From Eledone cirrhosa (taxonomy: Eukaryota): a DNA stretch of 64,000 nucleotides. Positions 53,847 through 64,000 of the stretch are shown piece by piece. The stretch spans positions 162,812,001 through 162,876,000 of the forward strand of contig OZ024742.1 of assembly GCA_964016885.1 (NCBI GenBank). Direction: 5' to 3'. The position numbers and the translations under genes were made by a program. Position 1 is the first letter of the stretch. Every line of letters begins with the position of its first letter. Under the pieces are notes generated by a model. The model ran no database searches. It was not told where the DNA came from and saw only the letters and a program-made list of their open reading frames with translations.

Positions 53847-56800
53847 AAATTATCTCCCCTTGATTTTTTTACAAATTATCTCCCCCTGATTATTTTTTAC
53901 AAATTATCTCCCCCTGATTTTTTTTTACAAATTATCTCCCTCTGATTTTTTTTACAAATTATCTCCCCTTGGCTGGCTGGAAATTATCTCCCCTTGGAGG
54001 CTGGAATTTATCTCCCCTTGGACGGTTAGAAATTACCTCTCCTTGGACTGCTGGAAAATATGTCTCCTTGGACGGCTGGAAATTATCTCCCCTTGGACGG
54101 CTGGAAATTATCTCCCCTTGGACGGCTGGAAATTATCTCTCTTCGGACGACTAGAAATTACCTCTCCTTGGACAGCTGAAAATTATCTCCCCTTGGACGG
54201 CTGGAAATTATCTCCCCTTGATTTTTTTTACAAATTATCTCCCCCTGATTTTTTTTACAAATTATCTCCCCCTGATTTTTTTTTACAAATTATCTCCACC
54301 TGATTTTTTTTTACAAATTATCTGCCCCTGATTTTTTTAACAAATTATCTCCCCCTGATTTTTTTACAAATTATCTCCCCTTGGCTGGCTGGAAATTATC
54401 TCCCCTTGGAGGCTGGAATTTATCTCCCTTTGGACGGCTAGAAATTACCTCTCCTTGGACGGCTGGAAAATATTTCTCCTTGGACGGCTGGATATTATCT
54501 ACCCTTGGACGGGTGGAAATTATCTCCCCTTGGACGGCTGGAAATTATCTCCCCTTGGACGGCTAGATATTACCTCCCCTTGGACGGCTGGAAATTATCT
54601 CCCCTTGATTTTTTTTACAAATTATCTCCCCCTGATTTTTTTTTACAAATTATCTCCCCCTGATTTTTTTACAAATTATCTCCCCCTGATTTTTTTTACA
54701 AATTATCTCCACCTGATTTTTTTAAATATTATCTTCTCTTGGCTGGCGGGAAATTATCTCCCCTTGGACGGCTGAAAATTATCTCCCCTTGGACGGCTGG
54801 AAATTATCTCCCCTTGATTTTTTTTACAAATTATCTCCCCCTGATTTTTTTTTACAAATTATCTCCCCCTGATTTTTTTTTACAAATTATCTCCCCCTGA
54901 TTTTTTTTTACAAATTATCTCCCCCTGATTTTTTTTACAAATTATCTCCCCCTGATTTTTTTACAAATTATCTCCCCTTAGCTGGCTGGAAATTATCTCC
55001 CCTTGGAGGCTGGAATTTATCTCCCCTTGGACGGCTAGAAATTACCTCTCCTTGGACGGCTGGAAAATATGTCCTTGGACGGCTGGATATTATCTACCCT
55101 TGGACGGCTGGAAATTATCTCCCCTTGGACGGCTGGAAATTATCTCCCCTTGGACGGCTAGATATTAGCTCCCCTTGGACGGCTGGAAATTATCTACCCC
55201 TGATTTTTTTTTACAAATTATCTCCCCCTGATTTTTTTTACAAATTATCTCTCCCTGATTTTTTTTTACAAATTATCTCCCCCTGATTTTTTTTTACAAA
55301 TTATCTACCCCTGATTTTTTTTTACAAATTATCTCCCCCTGATTTTTTTTACAAATTATCTCCCCCTGATTTTTTTTACAAATTATCTCCCCCTGATTTT
55401 TTTACAAATTATCTCCCCCCGATTTTTTTTACAAATTATCTCCGCCTAATTTTTTTAAATATTATCTTCCCTTGGCTGGCGGGAAATTATCTCCCCTTGG
55501 ACGGCTGAAAATTATCTCCCCTTGGACGGCTGGAAATTATTTCCCCTTGATTTTTTTACAAATTATCTCCCCCTGATTATTTTTTACAAATTATCTCCCC
55601 CTGATTTTTTTTTACAAATTATCTCCCTCTGATTTTTTTTACAAATTATCTCCCCATGGCTGGCTGGAAATTATCTCCCCTTGGAGGCTGGAATTTATCT
55701 CCCCTTGGACGGTTAGAAATTACCTCTCCTTGGACTGCTGGAAAATATGTCTCCTTGGACGGCTGGAAATTATCTCCCCTGGGACGGCTGGAAATTATCT
55801 CCCCTTGGACGGCTGGAAATTATCTCTCCTCGGACGACTAGAAATTACCTCTCCTTGGACAGCTGAAAATTATCTCCCCTTGGACGGCTGGAAATTATCT
55901 CCCCTTGATTTTTTTTACAAATTATCTCCCCCTGATTTTTTTTTACAAATTATCTCCCCCTGATTTTATTTTACAAATTATCTCCCCCTGATTTTTTTTA
56001 CAAATTATCTCCCCCTGATATTTTTTACAAATTATCTCCCCCTGATTTTTTTACAAATTATCTCCCCTTGGCTGGCTGGAAATTATCTCCCCTTGGAGGC
56101 TGGAATTTATCTCCCCTTGGACGGCTAGAAATTACCTCGCCTTGGACGGCTGGAAAATATGTCTCCTTGGACGGCTGGAAATTATCTCCCCTTGGACGGC
56201 TGGAAATTATCTCCCCTTGGACGGCTGGAAATTATCTCCCCTTGGACGGCTAGATATTACCTCCCCTTGGACGGCTGGAAATTATCTCCCCTTGGTTTTT
56301 TTACAAATTATCTCCCCCTGATTTTTTTTTACAAATTATCTCCCCCTGATTTTTTTTTACAAATTATCTCCCCCTGATTTTTTTTTACAAATTATCTCAC
56401 CCTGATTTTTTTTACAAATTATCTCCCCCTGATTTTTTTACAAATTATCTCCCCTTGGCTGGCTGGAAATTATCTCCCCTTGGAGGCTTGAATTTATCTC
56501 CCCTTGGACGGCTAGAAATTACCTCTCCTTGGACGGCTGGAAAATATGTCTCCTTGGACGGCTGGATATTATCTACCCTTGGACGGCTGGAAATTATATC
56601 CCCTTGGACGGCTGGAAATTATCTCCCCTTGGACGGCTGGAAATTATCTCCCCTTGGACGGCTGGAAATTATCTCCCCTTGGACGGCTAGATATTACCTC
56701 CCCTTGGACGGCTGGAAATTATCTCCCCTTGATTTTTTTTACAAATTATCTCCCCCTGATTTTTTTTTACAAATTATCTCCCCCTGATTTTTTTTTACGA

Positions 56801-59406
56801 ATCATCTCCCCCTGATTTTTTTTTAGAAATTATCTCCGCCTGATTTTTTTTTAAAAATTATCTCCCCTTGGACGGCTAGAAATTACCTCTCCTTGGACGG
56901 CTGAAAATTATCTCCCCTTGGACGGCTGCAAATTATCTCCCCTTGATTTTTTAACAAATTATCTCCCCCTGATTTTTTTTTACAAATTATCTCCCCCTGA
57001 TTTTTTTTTACAAATTATCTACGCCTAATTTTTTTTACAAATTATCTCCCCCTGATTTTTTTTTACAAATTATCTCCCCCTGATTTTTTTTACAAATTAT
57101 CTCCCCCTGATTTTTTTTTACAAATTATCCCCCTGATTTTTTTACAAATTATCTCCCCTCTGATTTTTTTTACAATCTCCGCCTGATTTTTTAAAAAATT
57201 ATCTTCCCTTGGCTGGCGGGAAATTATCTCCCCTTGGACGGCTGGAAATTATATCCCCTTGGACGGCTGGAAATTACCTCCCCTTGGACAGCTGGAAATT
57301 ATCTGCCCTTGATTTTGTTTTTACAAATTATCTCCCCCTGATTTTTTTTACAAATTATCTCCACCTGATTTTTTAAAAAATTATCTCCCTTTGGACGGCT
57401 GGAAATTATCTCCCCTTGATTTTTTTACAAATTATCTCCCCCTGATTTTTTTTACAAATTATCTCCCCCTGATTTTTTTACAAATTATCTCCCCCTGATT
57501 TTTTTTACAAATTATCTCCGCCTGATTTTTTTAAATATTATCTTCTCTTGGCTGGCGGGAAATTATCTCCCCTTGGACGGCTGAAAATTATCTCCCCTTG
57601 GACGGCTGGAAATTATCTCCCCTTGATTTTTTTTACAAATTATCTCCCCCTGATTTTTTTTTACAAATTATCTCCCCCTGATTTTTTTTTACAAATTATC
57701 TCCCCCTGATTTTTTTTTACAAATTATCTCCCCCTGATTTTTTTACAAATTATCTCCCCCTGATTTTTTTACAAATTATCTCCCCTTAGCTGGCTGGAAA
57801 TTATCTCCCCTTGGAGGCTGGAATTTATCTCCCCTTGGACGGCTAGAAATTACCTCTCCTTGGACGGCTGGAAAATATGTCCTTGGACGGCTGGATATTA
57901 TCTACCCTTGGACGGCTGGAAATTATCTCCACTTGGACGGCTGGAAATTATCTCCCCTTGGACGGCTAGATATTAGCTCCCCTAGGACGGCTGGAAATTA
58001 TCTCCCCTTGATTTTTTTTACAAATTATCTCCCCCTGATTTTTTTTTACAAATTATCACCCCCTGATTTTTTTTTACAAATTATCTACCCCTGATTTTTT
58101 TTTACAAATTATCTCCCCCTGATTTTTTTTACAAATTATCTCTCCCTGATTTTTTTTTACAAATTATCTCCCCCTGATTTTTTTTTACAAATTATCTACC
58201 CCTGATTTTTTTTTACAAATTATCTCCCCCTGATTTTTTTTACAAATTATCTCCCCCTGATTTTTTTTACAAATTATCTCCCCCTGATTTTTTTACAAAT
58301 TATCTCCCCCCGATTTTTTTTACAAATTATCTCCGCCTAATTTTTTTAAATATTATCTTCCCTTGGCTGGCGGGAAATTATCTCCCCTTGGACGGCTGAA
58401 AATTATCTCCCCTTGGACGGCTGGAAATTATCTCCCCTTGATTTTTTTACAAATTATCTCCCCCTGATTATTTTTTACAAATTATCTCCCCCTGATTTTT
58501 TTTTACAAATTATCTCCCTCTGATTTTTTTTACAAATTATCTCCCCTTGGCTGGCTGGAAATTATCTCCCCTTGGAGGCTGGAATTTATCTCCCCTTGGA
58601 CGGTTAGAAATTACCTCTCCTTGGACTGCTGGAAAATATGTCTCCTTGGACGGCTGGAAATTATCTCCCCTTGGACGGCTGGAAATTATCTCCCCTTGGA
58701 CAGCTGGAAATTATCTCTCCTCGGACGACTAGAAATTACCTCTCCTTGGACAGCTGAAAATTATCTCCCCTTGGACGGCTGGAAATTATCTCCCCTTGAT
58801 TTTTTTTACAAATTATCTCCCCCTGATTTTTTTTACAAATTATCTCCCCCTAATTTTTTTTTACAAATTATCTCCCCCTGATTTTTTTACAAATTATCTC
58901 CCCCTGATTTTTTTTACAAATTATCTCCGCCTGATTTTTTTAAATATTATCTTCCCTTGGCTGGCGGGAAATTATCTCCCCTTGGACGGCTGAAAATTAT
59001 CTCCCCTTGGACGGCTGGAAATTATCACCCCTTGATTTTTTTTACAAATTATCTCCCCCTGATTTTTTTTTACAAATTATCTCCCCCTGATTTTTTTTTA
59101 CAAATTATCTCCCCCTGATTTTTTTTTACAAATTATCTCACCCTGATTTTTTTTACAAATTATCTCCCCCTGATTTTTTTACAAATTATCTCCCCTTGGC
59201 TAGCTGGAAATTATCTCCCCTTGGAGGCTGGAATTTATCTCCCCTTGGACGGCTAGAAATTACCTCTCCTTGGACGGCTGGAAAATATGTCTCCTTGGAC
59301 GGCTGGATATTATCTACCCTTGGACGGCTGGAAATTATCTCCCCTTGGACGGCTGGAAATTATCTCCCCTTGGACGGCTAGATATTACCTCCCCTTGGAC
59401 GGCTGG
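53847..59406 (+). repeat. HOR family II, copy 4 (5,560 bp)
   Basis: Offsets 53969/59529, 55656/61216 and 56455/62015, all 5,560. Markers CCATGG at 55654 and CCTAGG at 57981. Confidence 0.9.
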
Positions 59407-62400
59407 AAATTATCTCCCCTTGATTTTTTTACAAATTATCTCCCCCTGATTATTTTTTACAAATTATCTCCCCCTGATTTTTTTTTACAAATTATCTCCC
59501 TCTGATTTTTTTTACAAATTATCTCCCCTTGGCTGGCTGGAAATTATCTCCCCTTGGAGGCTGGAATTTATCTCCCCTTGGACGGTTAGAAATTACCTCT
59601 CCTTGGACTGCTGGAAAATATGTCTCCTTGGACGGCTGGAAATTATCTCCCCTTGGACGGCTGGAAATTATCTCCCCTTGGACGGCTGGAAATTATCTCT
59701 CTTCGGACGACTAGAAATTACCTCTCCTTGGACAGCTGAAAATTATCTCCCCTTGGACGGCTGGAAATTATCTCCCCTTGATTTTTTTTACAAATTATCT
59801 CCCCCTGATTTTTTTTACAAATTATCTCCCCCTGATTTTTTTTTACAAATTATCTCCACCTGATTTTTTTTTACAAATTATCTGCCCCTGATTTTTTTAA
59901 CAAATTATCTCCCCCTGATTTTTTTACAAATTATCTCCCCTTGGCTGGCTGGAAATTATCTCCCCTTGGAGGCTGGAATTTATCTCCCTTTGGACGGCTA
60001 GAAATTACCTCTCCTTGGACGGCTGGAAAATATTTCTCCTTGGACGGCTGGATATTATCTACCCTTGGACGGGTGGAAATTATCTCCCCTTGGACGGCTG
60101 GAAATTATCTCCCCTTGGACGGCTAGATATTACCTCCCCTTGGACGGCTGGAAATTATCTCCCCTTGATTTTTTTTACAAATTATCTCCCCCTGATTTTT
60201 TTTTACAAATTATCTCCCCCTGATTTTTTTACAAATTATCTCCCCCTGATTTTTTTTACAAATTATCTCCACCTGATTTTTTTAAATATTATCTTCTCTT
60301 GGCTGGCGGGAAATTATCTCCCCTTGGACGGCTGAAAATTATCTCCCCTTGGACGGCTGGAAATTATCTCCCCTTGATTTTTTTTACAAATTATCTCCCC
60401 CTGATTTTTTTTTACAAATTATCTCCCCCTGATTTTTTTTTACAAATTATCTCCCCCTGATTTTTTTTTACAAATTATCTCCCCCTGATTTTTTTTACAA
60501 ATTATCTCCCCCTGATTTTTTTACAAATTATCTCCCCTTAGCTGGCTGGAAATTATCTCCCCTTGGAGGCTGGAATTTATCTCCCCTTGGACGGCTAGAA
60601 ATTACCTCTCCTTGGACGGCTGGAAAATATGTCCTTGGACGGCTGGATATTATCTACCCTTGGACGGCTGGAAATTATCTCCCCTTGGACGGCTGGAAAT
60701 TATCTCCCCTTGGACGGCTAGATATTAGCTCCCCTTGGACGGCTGGAAATTATCTACCCCTGATTTTTTTTTACAAATTATCTCCCCCTGATTTTTTTTA
60801 CAAATTATCTCTCCCTGATTTTTTTTTACAAATTATCTCCCCCTGATTTTTTTTTACAAATTATCTACCCCTGATTTTTTTTTACAAATTATCTCCCCCT
60901 GATTTTTTTTACAAATTATCTCCCCCTGATTTTTTTTACAAATTATCTCCCCCTGATTTTTTTACAAATTATCTCCCCCCGATTTTTTTTACAAATTATC
61001 TCCGCCTAATTTTTTTAAATATTATCTTCCCTTGGCTGGCGGGAAATTATCTCCCCTTGGACGGCTGAAAATTATCTCCCCTTGGACGGCTGGAAATTAT
61101 TTCCCCTTGATTTTTTTACAAATTATCTCCCCCTGATTATTTTTTACAAATTATCTCCCCCTGATTTTTTTTTACAAATTATCTCCCTCTGATTTTTTTT
61201 ACAAATTATCTCCCCATGGCTGGCTGGAAATTATCTCCCCTTGGAGGCTGGAATTTATCTCCCCTTGGACGGTTAGAAATTACCTCTCCTTGGACTGCTG
61301 GAAAATATGTCTCCTTGGACGGCTGGAAATTATCTCCCCTGGGACGGCTGGAAATTATCTCCCCTTGGACGGCTGGAAATTATCTCTCCTCGGACGACTA
61401 GAAATTACCTCTCCTTGGACAGCTGAAAATTATCTCCCCTTGGACGGCTGGAAATTATCTCCCCTTGATTTTTTTTACAAATTATCTCCCCCTGATTTTT
61501 TTTTACAAATTATCTCCCCCTGATTTTATTTTACAAATTATCTCCCCCTGATTTTTTTTACAAATTATCTCCCCCTGATATTTTTTACAAATTATCTCCC
61601 CCTGATTTTTTTACAAATTATCTCCCCTTGGCTGGCTGGAAATTATCTCCCCTTGGAGGCTGGAATTTATCTCCCCTTGGACGGCTAGAAATTACCTCGC
61701 CTTGGACGGCTGGAAAATATGTCTCCTTGGACGGCTGGAAATTATCTCCCCTTGGACGGCTGGAAATTATCTCCCCTTGGACGGCTGGAAATTATCTCCC
61801 CTTGGACGGCTAGATATTACCTCCCCTTGGACGGCTGGAAATTATCTCCCCTTGGTTTTTTTACAAATTATCTCCCCCTGATTTTTTTTTACAAATTATC
61901 TCCCCCTGATTTTTTTTTACAAATTATCTCCCCCTGATTTTTTTTTACAAATTATCTCACCCTGATTTTTTTTACAAATTATCTCCCCCTGATTTTTTTA
62001 CAAATTATCTCCCCTTGGCTGGCTGGAAATTATCTCCCCTTGGAGGCTGGAATTTATCTCCCCTTGGACGGCTAGAAATTACCTCTCCTTGGACGGCTGG
62101 AAAATATGTCTCCTTGGACGGCTGGATATTATCTACCCTTGGACGGCTGGAAATTATATCCCCTTGGACGGCTGGAAATTATCTCCCCTTGGACGGCTGG
62201 AAATTATCTCCCCTTGGACGGCTGGAAATTATCTCCCCTTGGACGGCTAGATATTACCTCCCCTTGGACGGCTGGAAATTATCTCCCCTTGATTTTTTTT
62301 ACAAATTATCTCCCCCTGATTTTTTTTTACAAATTATCTCCCCCTGATTTTTTTTTACGAATCATCTCCCCCTGATTTTTTTTTAGAAATTATCTCCGCC

Positions 62401-64000
62401 TGATTTTTTTTTAAAAATTATCTCCCCTTGGACGGCTAGAAATTACCTCTCCTTGGACGGCTGAAAATTATCTCCCCTTGGACGGCTGCAAATTATCTCC
62501 CCTTGATTTTTTAACAAATTATCTCCCCCTGATTTTTTTTTACAAATTATCTCCCCCTGATTTTTTTTTACAAATTATCTACGCCTAATTTTTTTTACAA
62601 ATTATCTCCCCCTGATTTTTTTTTACAAATTATCTCCCCCTGATTTTTTTTACAAATTATCTCCCCCTGATTTTTTTTTACAAATTATCCCCCTGATTTT
62701 TTTACAAATTATCTCCCCTCTGATTTTTTTTACAATCTCCGCCTGATTTTTTAAAAAATTATCTTCCCTTGGCTGGCGGGAAATTATCTCCCCTTGGACG
62801 GCTGGAAATTATATCCCCTTGGACGGCTGGAAATTACCTCCCCTTGGACAGCTGGAAATTATCTGCCCTTGATTTTGTTTTTACAAATTATCTCCCCCTG
62901 ATTTTTTTTACAAATTATCTCCACCTGATTTTTTAAAAAATTATCTCCCTTTGGACGGCTGGAAATTATCTCCCCTTGATTTTTTTACAAATTATCTCCC
63001 CCTGATTTTTTTTACAAATTATCTCCCCCTGATTTTTTTACAAATTATCTCCCCCTGATTTTTTTTACAAATTATCTCCGCCTGATTTTTTTAAATATTA
63101 TCTTCTCTTGGCTGGCGGGAAATTATCTCCCCTTGGACGGCTGAAAATTATCTCCCCTTGGACGGCTGGAAATTATCTCCCCTTGATTTTTTTTACAAAT
63201 TATCTCCCCCTGATTTTTTTTTACAAATTATCTTCCCCTGATTTTTTTTTACAAATTATCTCCCCCTGATTTTTTTTTACAAATTATCTCCCCCTGATTT
63301 TTTTACAAATTATCTCCCCCTGATTTTTTTACAAATTATCTCCCCTTAGCTGGCTGGAAATTATCTCCCCTTGGAGGCTGGAATTTATCTCCCCTTGGAC
63401 GGCTAGAAATTACCTCTCCTTGGACGGCTGGAAAATATGTCCTTGGACGGCTGGATATTATCTACCCTTGGACGGCTGGAAATTATCTCCCCTTGGACGG
63501 CTGGAAATTATCTCCCCTTGGACGGCTAGATATTAGCTCCCCTAGGACGGCTGGAAATTATCTCCCCTTGATTTTTTTTACAAATTATCTCCCCCTGATT
63601 TTTTTTTACAAATTATCACCCCCTGATTTTTTTTTACAAATTATCTACCCCTGATTTTTTTTTACAAATTATCTCCCCCTGATTTTTTTTACAAATTATC
63701 TCTCCCTGATTTTTTTTTACAAATTATCTCCCCCTGATTTTTTTTTACAAATTATCTACCCCTGATTTTTTTTTACAAATTATCTCCCCCTGATTTTTTT
63801 TACAAATTATCTCCCCCTGATTTTTTTTACAAATTATCTCCCCCTGATTTTTTTACAAATTATCTCCCCCCGATTTTTTTTACAAATTATCTCCGCCTAA
63901 TTTTTTTAAATATTATCTTCCCTTGGCTGGCGGGAAATTATCTCCCCTTGGACGGCTGAAAATTATCTCCCCTTGGACGGCTGGAAATTATCTCCCCTTG
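59407..64000 (+). repeat. HOR family II, copy 5 (cut by window end)
   Basis: Markers CCATGG at 61214 and CCTAGG at 63541, each at +5,560 from copy 4. Confidence 0.9.

Larger units (their letters stand above)
1..64000 (+). repeat. Composite tandem satellite array of two monomers: A = AAATTATCTCCCCTTGGACGGCTGG (25 bp) and B = AAATTATCTCCCCCTGA(T)7-10AC (26-29 bp), head-to-tail, running off both window ends
   Basis: Every line of the sequence parses into these two monomers or their point/indel variants. The shared core AAATTATCTCCCC(T/C)TG recurs every ~25-29 bp. I saw no inversion and no unique insertion. Confidence 0.99.

Noticed and set aside
55-62375. Hundreds of 60-235 aa ORFs on the + strand (LDGWKLSPLGRLEIISPWTAGNYLP repeats; longest 16792-17499)
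   Set aside because: Monomer A is 25 bp and has no stop in any + frame, so runs translate as a rotating 25-aa peptide in overlapping frames. Most starts are TTG, homopolymer and non-triplet indels shift frames freely, and there is no sign of frame preservation. The minus strand is closed by the TAA in GATAAT.
1-64000. CRISPR-like repeat-spacer appearance
   Set aside because: Spacers are only 8-13 bp, fall into two recurring classes and are not unique. The 16-bp repeat is too short, and there is no leader or cas gene.
1-64000. Telomerase-synthesised repeat or known telomere motif
   Set aside because: It matches no telomeric repeat I recognise, and multi-kb HORs with inherited variants indicate DNA-level duplication, not templated addition.
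1-64000. Canonical G-quadruplex or i-motif array
   Set aside because: The G4-5 runs are separated by about 21-24 nt, much longer than typical stable loops, so I cannot support it without experiment.
1-64000. Whole window as a sequencing or low-complexity artefact
   Set aside because: Rare variants recur at consistent multi-kb offsets and copies carry private differences, which argues for a real array, although the exact copy number still needs read-level validation.

Overview
The whole 64-kb window is one uninterrupted, single-orientation satellite DNA array; I see no genes, RNA genes, transposons or unique sequence. It is built from two short monomers sharing a 16-bp core AAATTATCTCCCC(T/C)TG: type A = core + GACGGCTGG (25 bp, 52% GC) and type B = core + A(T)7-10AC (26-29 bp, about 30% GC), roughly 2,400-2,500 monomers by length estimate. 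The monomers follow a reproducible grammar: an ordered cassette of about 9 A variants, a B run, a short cassette of about 3 A units, then another B run, giving modules of roughly 0.3-0.76 kb. Modules are nested in higher-order repeats (HORs) of about 5.3-5.8 kb, and these in super-periods of about 19.07 kb and 17.8 kb. Two HOR families occupy the left (1-30 kb) and right (30.4-64 kb) halves, each interrupted by a mosaic segment (16.6-19.1 kb and 41.0-47.7 kb). All ORFs in the track are artefacts of the stop-free + strand of monomer A. The layout resembles eukaryotic heterochromatic (centromeric, pericentromeric or subtelomeric) satellite, but neither organism nor function can be determined from this window. 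Offsets were derived by eye from the ORF track and diagnostic variants, so block edges are approximate.
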